From NCBI GenBank assembly GCA_017601345.1, contig JAFNIT010000003.1, forward strand, positions 4,994 to 68,993: 64,000 nucleotides of DNA. The letters are read 5' to 3'. This DNA is from Candidatus Brockarchaeota archaeon (lineage in GTDB: Archaea; Thermoproteota; EX4484-205; JAAOZP01). The notes beneath the pieces were generated by a model, which did no database searches, was not told where the DNA came from, and saw only the letters and a program-made list of their open reading frames with translations. The translations under genes were made by a program, and so were the position numbers. Numbering within the stretch: position 1 is the first letter of the stretch; each line of letters opens with the position of its first letter. Shown piece after piece: positions 44,239 to 52,699 of this stretch.

Positions 44239-44994
44239 TTATTGTTTAAAAACATAATCCCCAACCGTTCTCCTTAACATCTCTATTCTCAGTCTCGTCT
44301 TCCTTAAGAACCATAATAGGCTCCCAGCCTCTTTTGCGGAGGGTGTCGAACGCCCGAAAATGTTTCTCAAAGATTGCATTACAACATTCCTCTTAACCTC
44401 GGGGAGGCTCAGGCTGTTGAATATTGTTTCAGCCTCCGCATAAATCTTGTCGATAATCTCCCTGTTCGCAGGCTTCCTCAAGCTCTTGGCCCGCTTCCCC
44501 GCGTAGTCCATAAATATCTCGTACATCAGGATTGAGGCGGAAACAGCCAGGTTGAGCACGCTATACTCGCTTGAGGAAGGAATGTGGACAACATAGTCTA
44601 GTTGGGAAAGCTCCTCGTTCTTAAGACCTATGTCCTCTCTACCGAACACCAGTAGCACCTTACCCTCTACGGGTCTGCATAGTTCAACCATTTCCCTCGG
44701 CGAGACGTATTGACGCAACAGGTTTTTAGATGCTAACCTGCCGGAGGTACCAATACTTACAGAAGGTTTTAACTCCCGCAGGGCTTGTGTTAAATCATCG
44801 TATACGACTTGGTTCTCTATAATCATAGCACCCCTGGCGGCGTATAGCTTAGAAGACTCTAGGACATTTTTCTCAGGACTTATTAGAACTAGTTTCCTAA
44901 ACGAGAAGTTTAGCATCGTCCTAGCTATAATCCCAACGTTAACAGGGTACTTCGGCCCTACGAGCACGATGCAGTACTTTGACCCTATGTCCAT
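44239..44994 (-). CDS. SpoU/TrmH-family RNA 2'-O-methyltransferase (TrmJ-like)
   Basis: 251 aa. VLVGPKYPVNVGIIARTMLNF..., LVFGREDIGL, HIPSSSEYSVLNLAVSASILMYE are the SPOUT motifs. Confidence 0.8.
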   Translation of the reverse strand: MDIGSKYCIVLVGPKYPVNVGIIARTMLNFSFRKLVLISPEKNVLESSKLYAARGAMIIENQVVYDDLTQALRELKPSVSIGTSGRLASKNLLRQYVSPREMVELCRPVEGKVLLVFGREDIGLKNEELSQLDYVVHIPSSSEYSVLNLAVSASILMYEIFMDYAGKRAKSLRKPANREIIDKIYAEAETIFNSLSLPEVKRNVVMQSLRNIFGRSTPSAKEAGSLLWFLRKTRLRIEMLRRTVGDYVFKQ

Positions 44995-45083
44995 GGTGGA
45001 AGGAAGGGCGCGCGGGTTTTTAATCCTCTTTGGAGGAAGCTTTTTAAAGCAGTCCGTCTTCTAGCAGAAGGGCGCTTGGAAAA

Positions 45084-45575
45084 TTGGGTCAGATGCCATA
45101 TGTTAGAAAGGAATACATACCGAGAATACCCCAGCTTAGGGTTAGTAAGTTTAAGCTCGGAAAGGCCCGGGAATTCGAAGTGGTTTTTAGGCTTGTCGTG
45201 AAAAAGCCCTCTTTGATAATGCAGGAGGCACTTGAATCAGCACGTGTAGCCGCAAACAAGATTCTTGAAGCAGAAGCGGGGGAGAACGGTTACGTTTTGA
45301 GGTTAATCCCCTACCCCCATATTATTTGCAGAGAACATAAAATGCTTACAATGGCTGGTGCCGACAGGCTTAGCAAGGGAATGAAGAGAGCATACGGGAA
45401 GCCGGTTACCTTGGCTGCAAGGTTAGATGCGGGCAGTCCTGTTATGGAGGTTTATTCGAAAAAAGAGTATGAGAACGTTGTGAAGAAAAGCCTTAAGGTG
45501 GCGGCTTCAAAGCTGCCTGTAGAAACCTTAGTAGAAAAGGAGGAGTTGAAGAAGGAGGGGGAGACGAGTGAATAG
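45084..45575 (+). CDS. rpl10e: 50S ribosomal protein uL16 (L10e)
   Basis: 163 aa. YPHIICREHKMLTMAGADRLSKGMKRAYGKPV is the L10e core. Confidence 0.9.
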   Translation: MGQMPYVRKEYIPRIPQLRVSKFKLGKAREFEVVFRLVVKKPSLIMQEALESARVAANKILEAEAGENGYVLRLIPYPHIICREHKMLTMAGADRLSKGMKRAYGKPVTLAARLDAGSPVMEVYSKKEYENVVKKSLKVAASKLPVETLVEKEELKKEGETSE

Positions 45576-46158
45576 CCTCCAGGATAGGCTTATCCTCGTC
45601 GGTGAGCCTCTCGCCACCCTGGAGGAGTTTTTCCCTGGCGAAGGGACTTTTGAAGAAAACGGCACAATATACTCGAGCACTGTCGGAAGGGTTTTAATAG
45701 ACAAGGATAAGAGGGAGCTTAGAGTAATACCTGCTAAGACGCTTATAACACCCAAGCCGGGTTTCAGGGTTATTGGAAGCATAACCGGTTTCTCCAGCCA
45801 TTACGCGAACGTTGAAATATTCTGCATGAATGGCGTAAAGCTAAGCCACGAGTATACTGGTATCATTGGTAGAGAAAGCCTTGGTAAAGCATATCTGCGC
45901 TTCCGTGGAGGCGGTTTGAGGGCTTACGTCAGTGAGAACGACATAGTCTATGGTAGTATAATTTCTACAACTAATGTAATCCTACTTGATATTTCTTATA
46001 AGGAGTACGGGGTTGTAAAGGCTTATTGCAAGTTCTGCGGCAATGCTTTAGTCATGTCTGGCAAAGGGCTTCTCTGCCCTGTCTGCCGGACGCGGGAGAG
46101 GCGGAAAATCAGCATTTTCTACGGCGAGCCTATTGAAAAGCTGGTGGCTAAAGCATGA
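45568..46158 (+). CDS. csl4: exosome complex RNA-binding subunit Csl4
   Basis: 196 aa. GEPLATLEEFFPGEGTFEENGTIYSSTVG N-terminal domain, S1 domain and C-terminal zinc ribbon CKFCGNAL...CPVCRTRERRK. Confidence 0.85.
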   Translation: MNSLQDRLILVGEPLATLEEFFPGEGTFEENGTIYSSTVGRVLIDKDKRELRVIPAKTLITPKPGFRVIGSITGFSSHYANVEIFCMNGVKLSHEYTGIIGRESLGKAYLRFRGGGLRAYVSENDIVYGSIISTTNVILLDISYKEYGVVKAYCKFCGNALVMSGKGLLCPVCRTRERRKISIFYGEPIEKLVAKA

Positions 46159-46448
46159 GGGTGGTGTATAGGAGTAGGGGGAAGGGAGAGGCTGAGCTTG
46201 AAATACACGGTGAGACTCATACTATACTCAACCTTTTAGTCAACTATTTGAACCAGAAGCTGGAGAAAGGATATGCAGCATACAGGATAGACCATCCTCT
46301 TAAGCAGGAGGCAGTGCTATATATAAATGCGGGAGGGAAAGACCCTAAGGACGTTCTTGTTAAGACCATTAAAGACCTGGTTAAAGACTTGGAGAAGCTG
46401 GAGGAAGAGGTTAGCAAGGCAGCGGGCAAGCCTAGTGCTGAAGCTTAA
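46155..46448 (+). CDS. rpoL: DNA-directed RNA polymerase subunit L (Rpo11)
   Basis: 97 aa. ELEIHGETHTILNLLVNYL...AAYRIDHPLKQEAVLYI. Confidence 0.85.
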   Translation: MRVVYRSRGKGEAELEIHGETHTILNLLVNYLNQKLEKGYAAYRIDHPLKQEAVLYINAGGKDPKDVLVKTIKDLVKDLEKLEEEVSKAAGKPSAEA

Positions 46449-46479
46449 AACATTGTAGAAAGTAGAAACGTTTATTAAC

Positions 46480-46836
46480 ATGGTAGGGGGCTCCATTAAA
46501 ACCCCCATGCAGATAAGGTTCTGCCCAAAGTGCGGCACTAAGCTCCAGATAAAAAGGGATAAAGGAAGCCTGCTGTACTCTTGTCCCAAGTGCGGCTACG
46601 AGGAACGCGCGCATACTGTTGAGAAAAGCATTGAAACAAAACGTAAAACGGGAGCAGTTAGGATAATAAGGAAGGAGGCTGATCTGAACCCTCTCCCCGT
46701 CACTAGTACGGTGTGCCCTCGTTGCAACAATAAGGAGGCATACTGGTGGATATCTCAAACAAGAGGCGCAGACGAGAGCGCTACTCAATTCTTCAAATGC
46801 ACTAAATGCGGATATACTTGGAGAGAATACTCTTGA
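46480..46836 (+). CDS. tfs: transcription factor S (TFS; RpoM/TFIIS-like)
   Basis: 118 aa. Two zinc ribbons (FCPKCG...CPKCG; CPRCNNKEAYWWISQTRGADESATQFFKCTKCGYTWREY). Confidence 0.85.
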   Translation: MVGGSIKTPMQIRFCPKCGTKLQIKRDKGSLLYSCPKCGYEERAHTVEKSIETKRKTGAVRIIRKEADLNPLPVTSTVCPRCNNKEAYWWISQTRGADESATQFFKCTKCGYTWREYS

Positions 46837-46840
46837 AAAG

Positions 46841-47620
46841 CTAGTCTTTCTCCATCCGGGGTGCGATGAAGAAGGTTACTGTGCTGTTAGGAGCCTCTTC
46901 AATGCTTTGAGTCATTTTCAACGGGAAGTCGGTGTCAAACTCTACTCTAACGTTCTCGCTGAAAAGCAGGGAGGAAACTATGCTGCTGAGCCTCTTAAGA
47001 TCGTAGGAGGCTCTAGACGCTTCCTTAAGGACAGGGTTTATCAAATTGCCTTCCTCAACCGTTAGCATTACTTGGTATTCGGATATTTCTCCCTTGGCTG
47101 ACAGGAGAACAGCATTGTTCTCAACGCTTATCGAAATACAGTCTGAAATATGCTTCCCGCTTTCAAGCAAGTGTTTTATAGTAGAAACTTTTGTCTCAAA
47201 CGAATTTCCGAGAGAAACCTTGGGAAGCGGCAGGTCCTTGTCTTCTGAGAAGAATATGGGGATCGTGAAGATTCTTGTAAACTCATTAGTCACTCTGAAA
47301 GTAACCTTGTCCTCTTTAAAGACCATTTCTAACTTCTCTGATTTTGCTTCAAACTTTAGAAGGTTAAGAACATCGCTTAAACGTATATTGGCTTTAATGG
47401 GCTTGCTGAATTCAAATGTTTCGAATGCCTCCTTTGAAATAACCATGTCAATCATCGAGACCTCTGCCAAATCCAATGCCCTTATGGAAAATCCTTCGTC
47501 GCTTATCTTAACCGGAGCCTCGTCTATCAGCGAGGATGCGGCTTTAAAAGCCTTTCTAATAAGCCTTGCATCGTTTACCACAAGCCTTGCAAGGATGTTT
47601 GAAGGCTCCATTCCAACCAT
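46841..47620 (-). CDS. pcn: DNA polymerase sliding clamp (PCNA)
   Basis: 259 aa. Two-domain PCNA pattern (…IDEAPVKISDEGFSIRALDLAEVSMIDMVISKEAFETFE… / …VSTIKHLLESGKHISDCISISVENNAVLLSAKGE…). Confidence 0.9.
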   Translation of the reverse strand: MVGMEPSNILARLVVNDARLIRKAFKAASSLIDEAPVKISDEGFSIRALDLAEVSMIDMVISKEAFETFEFSKPIKANIRLSDVLNLLKFEAKSEKLEMVFKEDKVTFRVTNEFTRIFTIPIFFSEDKDLPLPKVSLGNSFETKVSTIKHLLESGKHISDCISISVENNAVLLSAKGEISEYQVMLTVEEGNLINPVLKEASRASYDLKRLSSIVSSLLFSENVRVEFDTDFPLKMTQSIEEAPNSTVTFFIAPRMEKD

Positions 47621-47706
47621 TATAGCTGAAGCAACCCCTTATATAGCTTGCTTCCAAACCAACTTTAATAAGGTTGTTTTAACAAGCATGATTATTAAAG
47701 TGGTTA

Positions 47707-48738
47707 ATGGATATGGGAGAGAACGTCCTTAGAGCAGCGAGATACCCTTTCCTCCCCGAAGCCAGGGAGTTCGTTTCCAAACATATCGACCTATCTCTAG
47801 AGAGTCTGGAGAAAACCGGCTCTGAAGCAGTTTTGAAAAGGGCTGTTGAAAGAGTAAAAGATGCGTTGATTCTTAAAGAGGTTAGGGTAATGCCTCAGCA
47901 CGAGTCAAATTACGTAAGGGAGATGCTTTCCTTCCCTATTGCGATCATACTCGTGTCGACGATTGCAAACGAGTATATTAGGAGAATATATTCCTTAGGT
48001 GAAAGCAGGGGAGCCTATAAGAGGCTGCTTAAAGAGAGTGATGAAATATTGCTTCTCATCGGTGAGAAACTTGGGGTTAGGGGAGTTATGGATAGCAACA
48101 ACCTTATAAGGATCAGGATACCGACTTATTTGAATCTAGCGTATATCTTCCATGAGCATCGCTGGAAGCTTGTTAACAGAATTGTTGACAAAGGCTACGT
48201 GTGGGTAAACAGGATGGAATACGCAAGACTAATCCAGATCGAGATAAACAATTATGTTTATGAGAAGACACTGGAAACGCTTCCCGTAACAGCAGTGCCT
48301 CAGAGTTTTAAAGAGGCTGCGAAGACTATTGTTGAAACTTGGAGCAGGCTTGAAGTCGCTAGGCCTGGTTACGCGGCCTCTGAGGAAAAAGGGGGGAACC
48401 CGCCATGCGTAAGCATGATACTTAAGAGAATGATGGCTGGCGAGAATACTTCTCATTTTGAAAGACTTGTTGTCGCAACCTTCATGATTGCCAAGGGCAG
48501 GGAAATAGAGGAAGTTGTTGAGCTTTTCTCGAAGCAACCGGACTATAAGTATAGTATTACGAAGTATCAGGTGGAGCATCTTGCAGGTCTCAGAGGAGGG
48601 GGGAAGAAGTATTCCGTGCCCAGTTGTAGGACGATTTTGGCAAACGGTCTTTGTCATCCGGATGAGAATTGTAGAGGCATTAAACACCCGTTAAGCTACG
48701 GTGGTAAGAATGCCAGAGGCCAATATGGAGTTTCTTAA
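47707..48738 (+). CDS. priL: DNA primase large subunit PriL
   Basis: 343 aa. C-terminal Fe-S domain with GGNPPCVSMILKRM...SHFERLVVATFMIAKG...YSVPSCRTILANGLCHPDENC. Confidence 0.85.
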   Translation: MDMGENVLRAARYPFLPEAREFVSKHIDLSLESLEKTGSEAVLKRAVERVKDALILKEVRVMPQHESNYVREMLSFPIAIILVSTIANEYIRRIYSLGESRGAYKRLLKESDEILLLIGEKLGVRGVMDSNNLIRIRIPTYLNLAYIFHEHRWKLVNRIVDKGYVWVNRMEYARLIQIEINNYVYEKTLETLPVTAVPQSFKEAAKTIVETWSRLEVARPGYAASEEKGGNPPCVSMILKRMMAGENTSHFERLVVATFMIAKGREIEEVVELFSKQPDYKYSITKYQVEHLAGLRGGGKKYSVPSCRTILANGLCHPDENCRGIKHPLSYGGKNARGQYGVS

Positions 48739-49813
48739 AAGGGAATTCTTCAAGTATTATTATGAGAACCTTGATCAACTAGTACCCCCGGGCCCGATAA
48801 AAAACAGGGAATTCGGTTTCTTTCTAGATAAAAGCAGAGGAATGCTCAGACACAAATGTTTTATTAACTTGGATGAATTTCATAACTTCGTTTTAAACGA
48901 GGTGCCTCTAGACATATATGTTTCAGCAGCTAGATACGAAGACCCTAGTAACAGGGATATGCAGGAGAAGAAGCTGATAAGCGCAGAGCTTTTCTTCGAC
49001 ATAGATGCTGAACCAACTGTTTCAGAAAGCGAGGAGTCTGCGTGGGTTTGCCAAAATTGCGGGAAATACGACCTGGGTACGGAGGATAAATGCCCAGTCT
49101 GCAACTCCCCTGTGGAGCGTGCAGAAATAGTTAATGAGAACCAATTAAACGAGGCCCTTAAGGAAGTTAAGAAGCTAGTGGAAGTTTTGAGAAGCGATTT
49201 CGGTATAGATGAGAATCATATATCTGTTTTCTTCAGTGGAAACAGGGGGTATCACGTGCACGTAGACCAAGAGGAGTTTATCAACATAACGGCGGAGGGA
49301 AGGAGAGAAATCGTCGACTACTTGCTGATCCAAGGGTTTGAAGAGAAAAGAATAATGCATCTCTTAAAAAACAGGAGCTTCTACAGCGGTGATTTAAAAG
49401 GCATAATAGGAAGAATCTATCGCATGATTTTAGAGGCTGGGGGCGACAAGATCCCTCGCAATAAAAGAAGAATTTTAAAGCAGATTAACGAAATTATTGA
49501 AGAATTCAAGGTGAAGGTAGATCCCGTTGTAACAATCGACATCCACAGGTTGATGAGGATGCCGGGCAGTATCAACAGCAATAGCGGCATGGTTAAGAAG
49601 AGGGTCCGGCTTCAAGACCTTTCTTCATTCAACCCTTTAAAAGACGCTGTTGCATTAGGAGAAGGGGAGACAGTTTTGAGAGTGAAAGCAGTCCCAAGGT
49701 TTAATCTGGGCGGTAAATCGTTTGGGCCTTTTAAGGACGAGGAAGTAGAATTGCCCGCTTATGCTGCCGCTTACATCATTTGCAAGGGATTGGGAGAATA
49801 TGTCAGAAGATAG
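48701..49813 (+). CDS. priS: DNA primase small (catalytic) subunit PriS
   Basis: 370 aa. ELFFDIDAE catalytic aspartates, zinc knuckle CQNCG...CPVC, FSGNRGYHVHV, RLMRMPGSIN. Confidence 0.9.
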   Translation: MVRMPEANMEFLKREFFKYYYENLDQLVPPGPIKNREFGFFLDKSRGMLRHKCFINLDEFHNFVLNEVPLDIYVSAARYEDPSNRDMQEKKLISAELFFDIDAEPTVSESEESAWVCQNCGKYDLGTEDKCPVCNSPVERAEIVNENQLNEALKEVKKLVEVLRSDFGIDENHISVFFSGNRGYHVHVDQEEFINITAEGRREIVDYLLIQGFEEKRIMHLLKNRSFYSGDLKGIIGRIYRMILEAGGDKIPRNKRRILKQINEIIEEFKVKVDPVVTIDIHRLMRMPGSINSNSGMVKKRVRLQDLSSFNPLKDAVALGEGETVLRVKAVPRFNLGGKSFGPFKDEEVELPAYAAAYIICKGLGEYVRR

Positions 49814-50321
49814 TCCTTCAATAAGAAGGATCCTGGAAGCTTGTAGAAGAGGGGATTGGGAATACCCTAATACAGCAATTCAGACTCTTACGGAACTATT
49901 AGCATCTGTTAGGAACGAGCTTCAACTTATTGACAAGACTTCCAGGAAAAAAGAAGTGTTTCAATGGTATCTTGATACTGTAAAAAGCATTCTTGAAGAC
50001 TGTGTAACCACGAGATTGTTGAAAAGCATATTGGCAAGTATTAATGGGGTTGAAAAAATGAGTCAGGATGTTAACAGCCTATCTTGGCTTTCATCACTAA
50101 TCCCTGAGGAACTTGACCTAGCCCGCATAATCTCCCGTCCCAGTGGAAGCCTTAAGGACGAAAAGGTTGTTGCAATAGTTTTAAAAGATGTTGAAAAGTT
50201 TGTAGGAGAGGATGGAAAAGAATATGGTCCTTATTCCACTGGGAGCTTAGTAAACATCCCCTACTACATAGCTAGACTTCTTGAAGAAAAGAAGGCAATA
50301 GAAGAAATCTTTATAACTTGA
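49800..50321 (+). CDS. GINS subunit, Gins51(Gins15)-like
   Basis: Helical A-domain plus C-terminal B-domain VAIVLKDVEKFVGEDGKEYGPYSTGSLVNIPYYIARLLEEKKAIE. ATG at 49800 overlaps the priS end. A GINS gene next to priS is a known archaeal arrangement. Confidence 0.65.
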   Translation: MSEDSPSIRRILEACRRGDWEYPNTAIQTLTELLASVRNELQLIDKTSRKKEVFQWYLDTVKSILEDCVTTRLLKSILASINGVEKMSQDVNSLSWLSSLIPEELDLARIISRPSGSLKDEKVVAIVLKDVEKFVGEDGKEYGPYSTGSLVNIPYYIARLLEEKKAIEEIFIT

Positions 50322-50341
50322 GGTTCAAGCAACGTTGAAGC

Positions 50342-50620
50342 ATGAGGATTCCGGATAAGATTAACACGTATTGCCCTAAGTGTAAGCAGTATACTGAACA
50401 TTCCGTAAGCCTGCTTAAAACAGGGAAAAGGAGGAAGATGGCTGCTGGCGAGAGGCATCATGAGAGAGTCGATAGACACGGCTATGGGGGCCAGAAAGCA
50501 CCTTTGGCAAAGCCCGTTAAAACAACCAAGAAGCAAACGTTGAAGCTAAAGTGTTCTAAATGCGGCTACATCATACAGAAAGAAGGAATAAGGATTAAGA
50601 AGCTTGAGGTGGCTAGGTGA
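50342..50620 (+). CDS. rpl44e: 50S ribosomal protein eL42 (L44e)
   Basis: 92 aa. YCPKCKQYTEHSV...GKRR...GYGGQ...LKLKCSKCG. Confidence 0.9.
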   Translation: MRIPDKINTYCPKCKQYTEHSVSLLKTGKRRKMAAGERHHERVDRHGYGGQKAPLAKPVKTTKKQTLKLKCSKCGYIIQKEGIRIKKLEVAR

Positions 50621-50621
50621 G

Positions 50622-50813
50622 ATGGCTGGGAAAGACATTTTAAAGCCAAGGTCCAGCTTCTTTAGAGTAAGGTGTAATCAGTGTTCTAACGAGCAGATAG
50701 TTTTTGAGAAGCCTGCGTCAGATGTTAAGTGTAGGGTCTGTGGAAAACTCATTGTAAAAAGTACTGGAGGGAAGGGGAAGTTTTTCGCAGAGATTCTCGA
50801 AGTGTATAGTTAG
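50622..50813 (+). CDS. rps27e: 30S ribosomal protein eS27 (S27e)
   Basis: SSFFRVRCNQCSNEQIVFEKPASDVKCRVCGKLI zinc ribbon. ATG at 50622 follows the L44e stop directly; the track start at 50604 is probably too early. Confidence 0.9.
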   Translation: MAGKDILKPRSSFFRVRCNQCSNEQIVFEKPASDVKCRVCGKLIVKSTGGKGKFFAEILEVYS

Positions 50814-50815
50814 AG

Positions 50816-51589
50816 ATGAGCCGCGAAACAGTTTCAGCAGGAGACCTTCTTGTCTGCAAGGTGAAGGAAATAACTGATTTCGGCCTCCTTCTAGATAATG
50901 AGGAGATAACTGACAAAGAGATTTTCTTACATATCTCCGAGATCCCTAAGGAAATGGATTTACATGATTTCAAAGAGGGACAGATAATCGCTGTCAAAGT
51001 CGTAAAGACGAGTAGAACAGGTGAGAGGATTTTCGTGTCGATGAAGCAGTTGAGCAGGTCGGAGGCACGTTCAATATTAAGGAAGTGGAGGGCTGAGAAG
51101 AAAGCTTTGGAGATTCTTAACGAGGTTGCTGAAAAATACTCGATACCGAGCGAAGTTTTAGAGGATGCTAAGAATAAGCTGGTTGAAAGATACGGAAGCA
51201 TTACGGAGGCGCTTAGGGTAGCCGTAATGGAGGGAGAGAACATACTGGCTAGAACTAGGATTAGCGAAGAAGCTAGAAAAGCACTTTACGAACTTGCTGC
51301 AAAGGAACTCGTTAGGAAAGAGGCTGTTAAAAGATTAATCGTACAATTATATTTTGTCGACAAGTATGGAGTGGAGAATCTGAAAAGCATCTTCGAAGAA
51401 ATTGAAAAAATGCGTACAAAGGATGTTACAATAGAAGCTAAGGTTGTCGCCGCACCAAGATACTCAGTAACCGTATACTCTCACGAACCTAAGAAGGTTA
51501 AGAAGGTTGCCGAAGAGGTTATTGCAAAGCTTAGCGAAGCGTCGAGAGAGAAAGGAGGAGTATTTAAGATACTTAAAGAGGAAGTATAG
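50816..51589 (+). CDS. eif2a: translation initiation factor aIF-2 alpha subunit
   Basis: 257 aa. N-terminal S1 domain (GDLLVCKVKEITDFGLLLDN...LHISEI), then helical and alpha-beta domains. Confidence 0.9.
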   Translation: MSRETVSAGDLLVCKVKEITDFGLLLDNEEITDKEIFLHISEIPKEMDLHDFKEGQIIAVKVVKTSRTGERIFVSMKQLSRSEARSILRKWRAEKKALEILNEVAEKYSIPSEVLEDAKNKLVERYGSITEALRVAVMEGENILARTRISEEARKALYELAAKELVRKEAVKRLIVQLYFVDKYGVENLKSIFEEIEKMRTKDVTIEAKVVAAPRYSVTVYSHEPKKVKKVAEEVIAKLSEASREKGGVFKILKEEV

Positions 51590-51594
51590 GAGTT

Positions 51595-51768
51595 TTAACT
51601 CTCCTTCTTGAGAGTGCTTATTAATGCTTCAGCCTTATACTTTAAGAACGGGTCATCTAGCGAGAACTTTGGAGGATGCGGATTGCAAGTATTATAACCG
51701 CATTTTTTACATTTCTCTCCTAGAGTATAGCTCATGCACTTTGGGCATTTACGCAGCTTAACAACCAT
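51595..51768 (-). CDS. nop10: H/ACA ribonucleoprotein complex subunit Nop10
   Basis: Absent from the ORF track. Hand translation of 57 aa: MVVKLRKCPKCMSYTLGEKCKKCGYNTCNPHPPKFSLDDPFLKYKAEALISTLKKES. This is the Nop10 zinc ribbon plus the PHPPKFS-D motif. Confidence 0.85.
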   Translation of the reverse strand: MVVKLRKCPKCMSYTLGEKCKKCGYNTCNPHPPKFSLDDPFLKYKAEALISTLKKES

Positions 51769-51868
51769 GGGTAGAATACGCTTGGAAAGGTTTATTAAAA
51801 CGTTTTGGAAATGTTAAACATGGCGATCTCTAAAATCCTTAACCTAACTCTAGTAGAGAGGAGTAAGG

Positions 51869-52693
51869 GTGGCGATGTCTGAGAAGCAATCGGCAAGGAT
51901 TTACGTTAAGGATTTGCCACTTATGGAGACGAAGGTATGGATTAAGAGAGGCATTAAAATTATTAACCCTATTGTTGTAATCGGCCTACCTGGTCTAGGT
52001 AGGATTGGTGGAATAATATCTAGATATTTGATTAAGAAGCTTAATACGAGGCTTGTAGGCATAGTTACATCCCCCTATTTTAGCAATCAAGTAATAGTTA
52101 GCAGGAAAGGCATTGCAAGGATCACCGGAGTGAAAATGTATAAGAGCGAGAACACGCTTGGTAGTTCTGATCTTCTCTTAGTTACGGCAGACGAGCATTT
52201 AGAGAACATTTGGGGCGAGTACGATGTTGCTCTGAAAATGCTTAGATTCCTAGTTAAGAGAGGTGTTAAGCTGATAGTGACTGTAGGGGGACACGTGTCT
52301 GCAACGGAATCCAGAGGAGTAATAGGTTTCGCAAGCAGAAAAGAATTATTGAGAATGCTTGAGGAAGCGGGTTGTAGAAGGGCTGAGATGGGGACTCCTG
52401 TCGTAGGGCTTTCAGGGATAATCCTAGGGTTAAGCAGCATAATAGGGGTTGATGCCGTTTGCATTCTAGGGGAAACTGTTAGTGTTCGCCCAGATGCCGA
52501 AGGCTCTAGAGAAGTCTTAAACGTTCTGAATAAATTTCTAGGTCTAAACATAGACGTTAGCGATTTCCAGCGTGAAGAGGAGAGGATAAACGAAATAATA
52601 AGCAGGTATGAGAGCAAGGTGAAACAACTGATTCAAGGCGAGAAGGCTAGGAAAATAGCAGAAGCCTTTATGCCGCCCGATTACGTGAGTTAA
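51869..52693 (+). CDS. PAC2-family proteasome assembly chaperone-like protein
   Basis: 274 aa. PIVVIGLPGLGRIGGIISRYLI... has PAC2/DUF75-like architecture. It holds the usual archaeal position after L44e-S27e-aIF2alpha-Nop10. Confidence 0.75.
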   Translation: MAMSEKQSARIYVKDLPLMETKVWIKRGIKIINPIVVIGLPGLGRIGGIISRYLIKKLNTRLVGIVTSPYFSNQVIVSRKGIARITGVKMYKSENTLGSSDLLLVTADEHLENIWGEYDVALKMLRFLVKRGVKLIVTVGGHVSATESRGVIGFASRKELLRMLEEAGCRRAEMGTPVVGLSGIILGLSSIIGVDAVCILGETVSVRPDAEGSREVLNVLNKFLGLNIDVSDFQREEERINEIISRYESKVKQLIQGEKARKIAEAFMPPDYVS

Positions 52694-52699
52694 AGCTTC

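Noticed and set aside
47046-47732. 228-aa plus-strand ORF
   Set aside because: It is antisense to PCNA. It has no motifs and a serine/leucine-rich composition, so it is a shadow ORF.
50749-51243. 164-aa minus-strand ORF
   Set aside because: It is antisense to the aIF2-alpha gene. The product is low-complexity and serine/leucine-rich.
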